This document shows positions 25,885-34,978 of a stretch of DNA of 49,425 bases, one piece after another. The position numbers and the translations under genes were made by a program. The notes beneath the pieces are model-generated. The model did no database searches, was not told where the DNA came from, and worked only from the letters and a program-made list of their open reading frames with translations. This DNA is from an uncultured Pseudomonadota bacterium (lineage in GTDB: Bacteria; SAR324; NAC60-12). Numbering within the stretch: position 1 is the stretch's first letter; each line of letters starts with the position of its first letter. The stretch covers positions 1 to 49,425 of the forward strand of contig CAJWCD010000008.1 in NCBI GenBank assembly GCA_913020725.1. Direction: 5' to 3'.

Positions 25885-27971
25885 ACCAAGGCTCCCGAAG
25901 GCTGCGACGCGAGGTGGGATTGCAGGGCGAAGCCGAGTCCGGTGACACGGACGGTCGGCTGTGCGACAGCGTTTTCAAACACGGACAATTCCCCCTGCAC
26001 GATCACTTGTCGGCGGGCGCGGGTGAGGGCGGTGTAGATCATTTCGCGGGTCAGCAACTGCTGCACTCGGCTCGTTCCGGAGGCTTCGATTTCGGTACGT
26101 TCTGGAAGCACTAGCGCAATCCCTTCATACTCGGATCCTTGACTCTTGTGCACGGTGATCGCGTAGGCGGGCTGAAGGTGGCGAAGACCATGATGATAGA
26201 GGGTCTGGTATCCGGCTTCAACCGGAAAAACCAGCCGAGGCTCCCGATTCCCGTTTTCTGGGTGGGTGAAGTTCAAGACCACACCCTGATCACCATTGTA
26301 AAGCTGATGTTCGTAAAGATTTTTTGTGACGATCACCGGGGTTCCCGCAGGCCAGTGTCCGGGCGGAGTTTCTGCTCCAGAAATGCTAGGCTTGTGCCCC
26401 AAGATACGCTGGTTGATCGCCGCTGCCCCCGTGGACAGCACTTGGGTGACACAGAGGATGCGCCGTCGGTTGAGGTGCCGGAACACTTGCCGCAACCGTT
26501 CCTGTTCGTCTTCCGGAAAATCTGGGTGGTAGTTGAAGTTCAGATTCTCCTGAAACTCGAATGAGTTCTGCACCTCCTCCCGCCACCAGGCGAGGAAATC
26601 GGTGAGCGGACAGGCTTCCGGGGCCAAGCGAGCCACACCGGAATCCGGCAGGGAGTTTGGATTTGCTGAGACGGGGAGCAGGTCGGCAAGCGTCGAACTC
26701 GCAGGCAGGGCCAGCACAGCAGCAGCGAGTTTCCGGATTTGTGTCCCGCCGGAATCTCCGGAGGCTTGCCGATAGCTCTGTTGCAGGCGAACCGCAGACC
26801 CCGGAGTTGACTGCGTCGCAGTCTCGCTGAAGGCCGCGTGGTGTGCGGGCACAAGTTTGCGCAACGCTGCTTGCTGTCCGCTGCTCAATCCGCCTTGCCC
26901 GGAAACCAAATCGGCCAAAACTGCTCCCGCACCAACCGAAGGAAGTTGATGCGCGTCCCCTAGCAGAATGAGCCGTGCGGGTGAAGGCTGGTAAGGCAAA
27001 CGCGAGTGGGTGGCTCGGAGCAGTTGCGCGAGCAGTGGCAGGTCGATCATCGAGGCTTCATCCACGACCACCACGTCATGGAGCAGGGGATTCAATTCAT
27101 GGGTGCGATACCGCCCCTGACGCGGGACGTATCCCAGCAGTCGATGCAGGGTTTGGGCTTGAGCGCCCACCGTAGCCAGTGCTTGTTCAACTTCAGGCAG
27201 GGGTGTACCCAAACTGCGCAATCCGGATTCTAGGGATTCCTGCAAGCGTCGGGCGGCACGACCTGTGGGAGCCGCGAGGGCAATGGACTGTGCCAGCCCC
27301 AACCGTTGCAGCACCCGGAGAATAGTGAGGACGATGGCGGTTTTTCCGGTGCCCGGACCTCCGGTGATGGTCAGCAGTGGGGAGATTAAAGCTTGCAGGA
27401 CAGCTCGCAATTGCGAGGAATCCAGTTGCAGCGGCTGTTCCCCAAAGCACAGTGGGTTGCGCTGCAACACCTGCTCCAGCACGGACTCGACTTTTTGCGG
27501 GGCAGGCAGGGTCAGTTGCATCGCCAACCGCTTCCGGATTTGTTGGGCGACCTGCTGCTCCAGTTGCCAGAGGTGTCGAGGTTGGATCAACCCGGAATCT
27601 GGATGCACGATCAAGGGGCGGTTTGCGTCTGCGTCGCCAAGCAATGGGGTCGCCTCCGAGGGGTCCGGAAGCACCACCCCCGTTTCGCCACGCTGAAGGG
27701 CGGCGGCCAGTTGGGACAACAGCAATGCTTGCTCGGCAGCGTGGCAACCATCCCCGGATTTTTCTGTAGCTGTGATCCAAGGTGCAAGGGATTGCGTCCA
27801 GTGCTGGTGTTCCTCGCCAAGTGGGGCACGTTCGGGGGCAAGCTCGGTTTGGAAGGGCAAACTGCCAACTTCCGGAGCAAGCGAATCCAGCAGTTCGGGG
27901 TGCGTTGCCAGCCACCGCTCCTTGGCGGTCCCGGAGGCAGACCAGTGGGATGATGAAGGGTTTGTGCTCAT
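25881..27971 (-). CDS. recD: RecD-family helicase (exodeoxyribonuclease V alpha)
   Basis: TGGPGTGKT, APTGRAA, TLHRLL, VDEASM, GDAHQLPSVGAG, YNGDQG, TVHKSQGSE and YTALTRAR; start uncertain. Confidence 0.93.
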   Translation of the reverse strand: MSTNPSSSHWSASGTAKERWLATHPELLDSLAPEVGSLPFQTELAPERAPLGEEHQHWTQSLAPWITATEKSGDGCHAAEQALLLSQLAAALQRGETGVVLPDPSEATPLLGDADANRPLIVHPDSGLIQPRHLWQLEQQVAQQIRKRLAMQLTLPAPQKVESVLEQVLQRNPLCFGEQPLQLDSSQLRAVLQALISPLLTITGGPGTGKTAIVLTILRVLQRLGLAQSIALAAPTGRAARRLQESLESGLRSLGTPLPEVEQALATVGAQAQTLHRLLGYVPRQGRYRTHELNPLLHDVVVVDEASMIDLPLLAQLLRATHSRLPYQPSPARLILLGDAHQLPSVGAGAVLADLVSGQGGLSSGQQAALRKLVPAHHAAFSETATQSTPGSAVRLQQSYRQASGDSGGTQIRKLAAAVLALPASSTLADLLPVSANPNSLPDSGVARLAPEACPLTDFLAWWREEVQNSFEFQENLNFNYHPDFPEDEQERLRQVFRHLNRRRILCVTQVLSTGAAAINQRILGHKPSISGAETPPGHWPAGTPVIVTKNLYEHQLYNGDQGVVLNFTHPENGNREPRLVFPVEAGYQTLYHHGLRHLQPAYAITVHKSQGSEYEGIALVLPERTEIEASGTSRVQQLLTREMIYTALTRARRQVIVQGELSVFENAVAQPTVRVTGLGFALQSHLASQPSGALV

Positions 27972-28382
27972 TGCGAAAGGGTGCAAGTAAAAGTAAGACT
28001 TTTGCTTAATCAGTCCGGTATGTGCTGCATCCAGTAGTTGGTCCAACGTTGATTTTTCCGGGCGACTCTGAGTGCGAGCATGGAGTTGGCATTCTCCAGT
28101 TTCCACCAAGCCCCCGGGATTTTGAGCCGTTTTTGAATGAGATGCCGATGTGAGCTTTCAATCAGTCCGGATCCAATGAGCAACTGCTTGGTAGGGGCAT
28201 ATCATTAAATGATATAGTGGTAGTAGCTACGAACATAATACCAATTTGTGATTCAAATGTGCCATTGTCATTGAAATCTCTTCGGCTTCGCTTGAGTGAT
28301 CCATGAATGTCAATGGAAGGTTTCTAATCGTAAACGGTATAAGCCGTCTGAACAAGGAATTCAGCAAGAAGCACACCAGTGG

Positions 28383-28398
28383 TGGAATCATACTTGCA
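28383..28398 (+). promoter_or_regulatory. Putative sigma54 (-24/-12) promoter
   Basis: TGGAATCATACTTGCA has exact TGG-N8-TTGCA spacing, ends 40 nt before ATG 28438, and lies in an AT-rich divergent intergenic region. Confidence 0.55.
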
Positions 28399-28437
28399 GA
28401 AGACTCTCCGAGACCTTTTGGCTTTTGTGAACCCTGC

Positions 28438-29535
28438 ATGACTTCCACCTTGCTTCGCTTCAGCAAACTACCCCTTGCACTCCTGACCCTATCCATCCTC
28501 CTCTTTGGAACGGTGGGTTGTTCCAGTTCTGACCCGGAACCTCCGGAGAAACCACAACGTTCCTCAAAGCGCATCTCCGAAAAACAGGCGGAGTCCGAGG
28601 AAGCCGAGGTGCAGGAACTTCAGTATTGGGGCGATCCCCACCTCACGCTGTTGGAGCAGATCATGCCTAAGCTGAAGCAGGAAACGGAGGGCTTGTTCGA
28701 CAAGGCCAACTCGGTGGCGATTTCCAGCATTTCTTACGGCGACAAGCTGCCGAACCACTTCCGGAAGGTGGCCACGGCCCGACTGCATCAGGTGCTGACG
28801 CGGTTGCCCAAGCTCAAGGTGAGCGTCTGCGAAGCCTGTAGCCAAATCCGCACACAGATTTCCGGAAGTTACCTCAAGATCACCCGTGGGATCGCGGATG
28901 ACGAATACCGCCGCGAAACCGCCCAGCAACTCAACGTCGAGGGCTTCATCGACATTGCGCTCTTCATGAGCGACCGACAGCTTTCCGTGTCACTCAATGC
29001 GTATGAGGCGCAAAAGGGCGAGATCATCTATTCCCGCATCGTCACCAGCGAACCGATGAAACGCGAGGAATACCTGCACGTCTATCTGGGCAAGATGACC
29101 CTGCCAATCAACGAACCCTCCCCCCGTTCAGGAAAAACCGTGCTCCATCAATCCATCATCTTGGGCGCAGAGCGGGTGGTGCGGCTCAATCAGGGCTGGA
29201 CTTCTGGAATCAGCGCTGCGTTTTTCAGCGATGACAACAGCAAGCTCACCGCTTCCGAAAAAGTCAGCGGCGGCACCAGCGGGGTGATGGTGGACGGCGT
29301 GGTGGGCTACGATGTGGTAGGCTTTGGCAGCAACCGAGGGGCGGTCACACTGAACCTCGGCTTGGGGATGATGATTGCCACCTCCATCAATTCGCCTCCA
29401 TATTTAAAAACCGGGGTGTCCGTCACAGTTGCAGAGCAACTGACGCTGGGCTACAACTACCTCCTCATGCTCACCAGTACCACTGCGCTCAAATTGCCCA
29501 GTGCTTCTTACTTTGCGGTCGGATGGAAATTCTGA
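28438..29535 (+). CDS. Outer-membrane lipoprotein; CsgG/FlgO-like alpha/beta domain plus probable C-terminal beta-barrel
   Basis: Lipobox TVG-C; VAISSI...AQQLNVEGFID...VSLNAYEAQKGEIIYS pattern; CEAC; ends YFAVGWKF. The fold call is inferred. Confidence 0.55.
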   Translation: MTSTLLRFSKLPLALLTLSILLFGTVGCSSSDPEPPEKPQRSSKRISEKQAESEEAEVQELQYWGDPHLTLLEQIMPKLKQETEGLFDKANSVAISSISYGDKLPNHFRKVATARLHQVLTRLPKLKVSVCEACSQIRTQISGSYLKITRGIADDEYRRETAQQLNVEGFIDIALFMSDRQLSVSLNAYEAQKGEIIYSRIVTSEPMKREEYLHVYLGKMTLPINEPSPRSGKTVLHQSIILGAERVVRLNQGWTSGISAAFFSDDNSKLTASEKVSGGTSGVMVDGVVGYDVVGFGSNRGAVTLNLGLGMMIATSINSPPYLKTGVSVTVAEQLTLGYNYLLMLTSTTALKLPSASYFAVGWKF

Positions 29536-29546
29536 AGGTAAAAGAA

Positions 29547-30959
29547 ATGCTCGAGTGCCGGAAGGTGCCGCGAGGGCGCTTGGCTCCCTCGCGGCAGCTT
29601 GCGGGCATGTTGGCGGTCCTCTGCATGATTCTGCTTTCCGGATGTGGGGACAAACAGACGGAACCACCGCAAGAGGAGGAAATTGCGGCCAAACCCGTCG
29701 TCAAGAAACTGCTCTTCACGCAACGCACCCAGGGCGGCAAGAACTCGATCGACGTCATCGAGGAAACAGAGGGGTACCGGCGCACCCTGCGGATTGTGCT
29801 GCAACGCGGCGACCTCAGTTCCAATCTGATCCACCCCATCGACAGTCCAAATTTCGTCATCGCCGTTCCGCTTCAGGACGCAACGAGCAAGCAGTTCAGC
29901 CTGCAAACGGCAGTTTATGAACTGCGACTCAAGGAGCATATTGATCAACTTCTGGCCCGCTACCTTGCTCCGGAGCGCTACAACGTTTCAGTGGTCGTGT
30001 CGTGGGACGAGAAGCTCTTGCAGGAGGTCCAGCTCAAGAGCCTACCGATTGACACTCCCGTGGACGCTCTCCCACTTCCAAAAATGCCGGAGGCCCAAAC
30101 TTCCGAAGAGGGCGAGGCGGGTGCCGAAAGAAATGCTGGAAACTTGCCTGTCACACTGGATGAACCCACGCCCACCCAGCGTGTGCGCAGCGTGAATCCA
30201 GACTCCAACTACGAACTCAAGTACGCCGTCGTTTCGGTCAAGGTGCAGGTGCTTTTGGACAACACGCTGCCGGGCAGTCAGGAGCAGTTCATCCAGCAAC
30301 TCATTCCGGTGCAAGAGTTCTACAACGCCCAGCGCGGCGATAGCGTAACGGTGCAGCGCACCTCATTTCCTAAACCCTTCTCTGACAGCGTGGCCCCCTA
30401 CGAGGAGCAGATCATCATGCGTAAGCTCACAGAATTGGTGCAGAAATATGTGTCGCCCAACGAGTTTGTCGTCAATGTCAAGTTCACGCTGATCGATACA
30501 GAATCAGCAACGGAGTCGTCGAGCAACATCAAGATGAACATCGACCTGCTGCTCGACGAGGTCGTGCTTCCAGACGTGGACACCTTCCTACAGGAGGCGA
30601 TCCCACTGGCCGTCAATTTCAACGCCGAACGCGGGGACACGCTCAACATCATCCGCAAGCGTTTCCCAGAACGAAACTTTGGTTCGGTTTCCTCTGAACA
30701 GGTTGCTGCACTCCGGGATTACAAGGACAAGATTCTGGAGGCGTTCCAGACCGGCGATTATGTGGGAGGCTTGGAATGGGCCGACAAGGGACTGCGCATC
30801 GCGGTGCGTCGCATGGACAAGGTATTTTTGATGAAGATGAAAGGCTCGCTCCACTTCCTGCTTGAGGAGAAGGATAAGGCGCTGGAGGTTTGGCAGCACG
30901 TCCAGCGGCTGGATCCGAGTGACGAGGAGGTGCGGCAGATGCTGGAGAACCTGCAATAA
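29547..30959 (+). CDS. Lipoprotein with two FliF-C (RBM3)-like domains and C-terminal TPR
   Basis: Lipobox LSG-C; YNAQRGDSVTVQRTSF and FNAERGDTLNIIRKRF resemble the FliF xRGDxxxV motif; ALEVWQHVQRLDP TPR. Confidence 0.65.
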   Translation: MLECRKVPRGRLAPSRQLAGMLAVLCMILLSGCGDKQTEPPQEEEIAAKPVVKKLLFTQRTQGGKNSIDVIEETEGYRRTLRIVLQRGDLSSNLIHPIDSPNFVIAVPLQDATSKQFSLQTAVYELRLKEHIDQLLARYLAPERYNVSVVVSWDEKLLQEVQLKSLPIDTPVDALPLPKMPEAQTSEEGEAGAERNAGNLPVTLDEPTPTQRVRSVNPDSNYELKYAVVSVKVQVLLDNTLPGSQEQFIQQLIPVQEFYNAQRGDSVTVQRTSFPKPFSDSVAPYEEQIIMRKLTELVQKYVSPNEFVVNVKFTLIDTESATESSSNIKMNIDLLLDEVVLPDVDTFLQEAIPLAVNFNAERGDTLNIIRKRFPERNFGSVSSEQVAALRDYKDKILEAFQTGDYVGGLEWADKGLRIAVRRMDKVFLMKMKGSLHFLLEEKDKALEVWQHVQRLDPSDEEVRQMLENLQ

Positions 30960-30966
30960 AGACAGA

Positions 30967-32169
30967 ATGCTTCGCGTTGCTTCGCGCCCTTCGTGGCTCA
31001 AAAAAGCACTTGTCTTGTCCGGGATTATCATGCTGACAGGCAGTGCCCCAGTGTGGTCGGCGGACACCCCACCTGCTCCGGAACCGGAAGCGGAGGTCGT
31101 GGATGACCCTTCCCCGCAAGCCGCCGAGCAAGCGGAGGGCAAGCGGCGTAGCCTTGAGGAATTGCTCGCGGTGCCGTTTCAGCAACTCAAGGAAATGCAG
31201 CAGGCGGAATATGGTGAGATCGAGCCGCTTCCGGGAGAGGACAACGCCACTGTCACCCGTTCCGAAGCTGGAGATATCCGACTCCCCCCTCCGCCGGAAC
31301 AGGGCAAGCACGAACGCGACCTAGAGCAGCAGCTTGACGTGATCCTCCGGGAGCAACTCCCAAGCGAATACGTCGGCGTCACCGTCAGCGTCAAGTACAC
31401 CCTCCAGACGATTCCGATTTCCAAGAGCAACAAACAGATTTCCAAGGTCAAGCTTCCGGGGTTTGAGAACAACGTCTGGGTGCCCACCGAGAAGAAACGT
31501 GTGGTAGGAATCATCAATCAGATTCAGACCTACACGACCATCTTTGTCGTGGTCAATCAACCCATCTCGCTCTTCAATGTGGAAGTGCTGCGGCAAGTGC
31601 TTTCGGATCGGGTGGAGGGCTTGAACCTGCGGGCACAGGATGTCCTCAAGGTCGTCTATGTGCCAACGTCCAAGCCTTCGGAAGCGCGGGTTGAGCGTTT
31701 GAGCAACGCCGCCGCCGAACACGAGGAGGCCAAACAGGCTGCAGAAGCCCAGCGGATTAAGCAAACTGCGGCTGCTGAAGAAGCAACCACAGAGGGTGAA
31801 ACCACAGAAAAGGCAGAAGCCGAAATCCCTGCGGCCAAAGCAGAAGCGGTTGCCGAGGCAGAACCAGAAGTGGAAAAACCCGAAATTCAGCCAGAGGACG
31901 TGGACATGCAGGCGCGGATGGAAACCACGCGCTATCTGTTGCAAGCCCGCGAAGCCTACTTCCAGAACGATTTCGACAGCGCCATTGATGACATCCGCAA
32001 AGCGCTGGAGATCAATCCCTACTCCTCGCAGGGCTACGAAATGCTCGGTTCGATCTACTATCGGCTCAACTGGACCAGCATGGCCGCAGAAAACTGGCAA
32101 CGCGCCTTAGAACTTGATCCAGAGAACAAAAATCTCCGCAAATACCTCAACAAACTGACACGACGATGA
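30967..32169 (+). CDS. Exported protein with FliF-RBM3-like domain, Ala/Glu linker and TPRs
   Basis: Signal peptide (VWS-A); ERDLEQQLDVIL...VTVSVKY...LPGF...IFVVVN...LRAQDVLKVV; KALEINP and RALELDPEN TPRs. Confidence 0.6.
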   Translation: MLRVASRPSWLKKALVLSGIIMLTGSAPVWSADTPPAPEPEAEVVDDPSPQAAEQAEGKRRSLEELLAVPFQQLKEMQQAEYGEIEPLPGEDNATVTRSEAGDIRLPPPPEQGKHERDLEQQLDVILREQLPSEYVGVTVSVKYTLQTIPISKSNKQISKVKLPGFENNVWVPTEKKRVVGIINQIQTYTTIFVVVNQPISLFNVEVLRQVLSDRVEGLNLRAQDVLKVVYVPTSKPSEARVERLSNAAAEHEEAKQAAEAQRIKQTAAAEEATTEGETTEKAEAEIPAAKAEAVAEAEPEVEKPEIQPEDVDMQARMETTRYLLQAREAYFQNDFDSAIDDIRKALEINPYSSQGYEMLGSIYYRLNWTSMAAENWQRALELDPENKNLRKYLNKLTRR

Positions 32170-34109
32170 TCCGACGAAACGCAATCGTTCTGGCAGGAGT
32201 GCTAGGGCTGCTCTGGGTCTGCTTGGTGCTGCCCAACATTTCCGGGGCACAGGAGCGGGTGAAGTCACTCACCATCCGACAGTTCGAGATTGAGGAAGCG
32301 ATCCGTAACGGTCTCAAGTATTACCTCGAACCCCGCGATTATGTGCTGCGTGTCAAGCTCACGGGCGAGCAACGTGTGGCTGGCGTTGAACACGAGGCGC
32401 TGCCTGGTTTTGGGCCAATGGTGAATCCTGCGCAAGCAAAGGGTGAGAAGTACTGGGAAATTCTGCGGATGCAGGTTGACCTTGTGATGCACAAGGAGGT
32501 TTCACCTTCGCTGAACACCTACATTTCTGAGATCGTTCCTATCCTCAGCGGACTCGATTACGAACGCGGCGACGAATTCAACTTTGTGCCGATCGTGCCA
32601 CAGGCATTGGAACCGCCTCCAGTCGCGCAAGCGCAAGCGGCACCGGCCACCATCGAAGCAGAAAAACCGGAACCCGAAAAACCAGCGGTGGTCGTGGCCA
32701 CTCTCCCCAAAGCCGACGAGCAAAAAGGCGAGCAACCCCAAGAGACGTCTAAAACCCAACCGGAACCTGTGGTCGACGGTCCGCCTCCAGGGTTGTGGGA
32801 AGCGATGACGTTGGTTGAGAAGGTGCTTGCGGTAGGATTGGCGTTGCTGCTGCTGCTGCTGCTCTTCGTCTTGTGGAAACTGAACCGAATGCAGTCTGCG
32901 GAACAACAAGGGCTGGCGAAGCTGCTCGCACAGCAGCAGCAGCTTGCACTTCCGGGAATGGGAGCGATGGCTTTGCCTTCCCCCCAACAGACGTTGGAGT
33001 CGGTGGAGGAATCTCGGAGGAAGTATTTGCAGACGCAGGAATCTCAGGTGCAGGAGGCGTTGCTGCAAGAGAGCAACGAGCGCATGGCGCAAGACATCGT
33101 CAAGCAACTTGTGGGACGGGATGATTGGAAGCAGGACTTGATTCAAGAGATGACCCGCGACAAGCAGTCAATGGAATCGCTCACCCAACTACTCGCGGTC
33201 ATTGGCCCGGAAACCACCCGGAGTCTGTTTGGTCGGGTGATGCCGCAAGACTCTTTTCTGGAACTCGAACAACTCGCCCGTGATGCAAAGGTTTCCACGG
33301 CAGAAGCAAACACGACACTCAAGAACGTCGCGATGTTTCTGCTCACCCGCAAACTGATTGCTCCGGAACAACCGACGACCAACCTCTTCGGCTTCCTTGA
33401 GGAGATGTCCACGGGGCAAGTGAGCTATCTCATCAACGATGAACCTTCGAAAATCAAGGCCATCGTCATCAGCCGACTCATCAGCGAACAGGCCGCAGAA
33501 ATCCTCCACAACATCTCCAAGGACGAGCGTACTCTGGTTGCCGTCGAATTGGGACGGCTCAGCGAACTACCCACCAAGCTCGTGGAGCAGGTGGCCTATA
33601 ATTTGGCGGACAAGGCACGGACAGTTCCGGACGAGAACTCGGTGTCGGTTGACGGCATCCGCTTTGTCGCGGACGTGCTGGGAGACGCCGACCCGACCAC
33701 CCGTGAGGAACTGCTCAACGGTTTGCGCGTTACCGATCAGAAGCTCAGCGAGGAAATCGAAAGCCGCTGCTTCATCTTCGACTCCATCCCTTTCGTACCC
33801 CGTGAGGTGCTGGTGGAGGTGGTCCGGAAGCTGCCGCCGGATGTGGTGGTGACGGCAATTTCCGGAGCCGACAAGTCCATTCAGGAAGCCGTGGTGTTGT
33901 GCTTCCCGGAGCAGACGCGCAAGGCGATCGTCTCTGCGCTCAAGGCCAAGAAACCATCTGCCGAGGAAATCCGCGAGGCCCGCCAGCAGTTCGTGAAGTC
34001 CATGCGCAGCATGTCTGATGCGAACAAGGTGGACCTCCGCGAAGTCAACTCCGCCTTCTCTCACCAAGAGAGTGCCCCCGCCCTCAGCTACGAGGAACAA
34101 CCCGCCTGA
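32166..34109 (+). CDS. FliF-like ring domain / TM helix / FliG(N-M-C) fusion protein
   Basis: Signal peptide; GLDYERGDEFNF; TM at ~32823-32876; FliG-like LLAVIGPE, FGFLEEM..INDEPSKIKAIVISRL..EQAAEIL, DGIRFVADVL, LSEEIESRCFIFDSI and EIREARQQFV. Confidence 0.8.
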   Translation: MIRRNAIVLAGVLGLLWVCLVLPNISGAQERVKSLTIRQFEIEEAIRNGLKYYLEPRDYVLRVKLTGEQRVAGVEHEALPGFGPMVNPAQAKGEKYWEILRMQVDLVMHKEVSPSLNTYISEIVPILSGLDYERGDEFNFVPIVPQALEPPPVAQAQAAPATIEAEKPEPEKPAVVVATLPKADEQKGEQPQETSKTQPEPVVDGPPPGLWEAMTLVEKVLAVGLALLLLLLLFVLWKLNRMQSAEQQGLAKLLAQQQQLALPGMGAMALPSPQQTLESVEESRRKYLQTQESQVQEALLQESNERMAQDIVKQLVGRDDWKQDLIQEMTRDKQSMESLTQLLAVIGPETTRSLFGRVMPQDSFLELEQLARDAKVSTAEANTTLKNVAMFLLTRKLIAPEQPTTNLFGFLEEMSTGQVSYLINDEPSKIKAIVISRLISEQAAEILHNISKDERTLVAVELGRLSELPTKLVEQVAYNLADKARTVPDENSVSVDGIRFVADVLGDADPTTREELLNGLRVTDQKLSEEIESRCFIFDSIPFVPREVLVEVVRKLPPDVVVTAISGADKSIQEAVVLCFPEQTRKAIVSALKAKKPSAEEIREARQQFVKSMRSMSDANKVDLREVNSAFSHQESAPALSYEEQPA

Positions 34110-34137
34110 GTTTTCCCTGCTAATCGCAGGGCAACTC
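34108..34137. terminator. Hairpin between convergent operons (probable terminator)
   Basis: GAGTT-TT-CCCTGC-TAATC-GCAGGG-C-AACTC stem-loop just after the stop codon. Confidence 0.5.
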
Positions 34138-34161
34138 CGTCCAATTTTACAACAGATTTTT

Positions 34162-34947
34162 TCAAAACAGTGTCATCTCCTCGTCCCGTAGGTCAGAGAT
34201 GAACATATGCCCGGGAGCGTGGGTGATGACAAGCGGCAGGGCTGCTGAAGTTGCTGCCAACGCAGAGGTAACTCCGCATGCCCAAAAGACAGGAATCTCG
34301 CCGGGGTGGAGAGTGACGGCATCCCCGAAATCCGGCTCGTCTAAATTGCGGATGCCAAGGATTTCCGGATCACCCCAGTGGATGGGAGCGCCGTGGGTGC
34401 GCTCGAAGCGCGTGGTGATCTGCGCGGCCCGCACCGCTTGTCCGGAGGTCATCGGGCGCATGCTGACGACCATCGGTGTGTGAAAGGGGCCAGCAGCAAC
34501 GCATGCGCGGTTGGTGATGTACATCGAAACGTTCTTGCCTTCCTCCATGTTCCGGATCGGCAATCCTGCCTCCAGCAGTGCGCGCTCAAACGAGAAGCTG
34601 CATCCGAGCAGAAAACTGACCATCTCCCCATTGCAGTACGCAGTTACGTCTTCCACTTCCTCCGTCAAAACTCCGTTTCTATAAATCCGGTAGCGCGGCA
34701 AGTCGGTGCGCAAATCCGCTCCGGGGGCAATGCTGGGTTCCACCATCCCCGGTTCCAACACATCTAGAATGGGACACGGTTTGGGGTTGCGCGTGCAGAA
34801 GAGCAGAAACTCAAACGCATGGCTTTTGGGGAGCATCACCAGATTCCCCTGCACAAAGCCCTTGGCGACTCCGGAAGTCAAGGTGGTCCAGGCACGGCTA
34901 CGAATCTGTGCTCGCAATTCGGTGAGGGACAGGGTTGTTTCAGACAT
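34162..34947 (-). CDS. DUF1445 / D-glutamate cyclase-like putative hydro-lyase
   Basis: RNPKPCP, DLRTDLPRY, FLLGCSFSFE, HGAPIH, PVFWACGVT and THAPGHM. Confidence 0.9.
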   Translation of the reverse strand: MSETTLSLTELRAQIRSRAWTTLTSGVAKGFVQGNLVMLPKSHAFEFLLFCTRNPKPCPILDVLEPGMVEPSIAPGADLRTDLPRYRIYRNGVLTEEVEDVTAYCNGEMVSFLLGCSFSFERALLEAGLPIRNMEEGKNVSMYITNRACVAAGPFHTPMVVSMRPMTSGQAVRAAQITTRFERTHGAPIHWGDPEILGIRNLDEPDFGDAVTLHPGEIPVFWACGVTSALAATSAALPLVITHAPGHMFISDLRDEEMTLF

Positions 34948-34978
34948 GGCAGTTTCTCAGGTGGTCAGAATCATAACC

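Noticed and set aside
32844..32864. (CTG)5 microsatellite
   Set aside because: Encodes the poly-Leu TM helix in frame; no sign of phase variation.
28438..34109. Calling the operon a standard flagellar fliF-fliG locus
   Set aside because: No fliE/fliH/fliI, FliF RBM1-2 not evident, fused architecture and degenerate motor motifs; gene symbols withheld.
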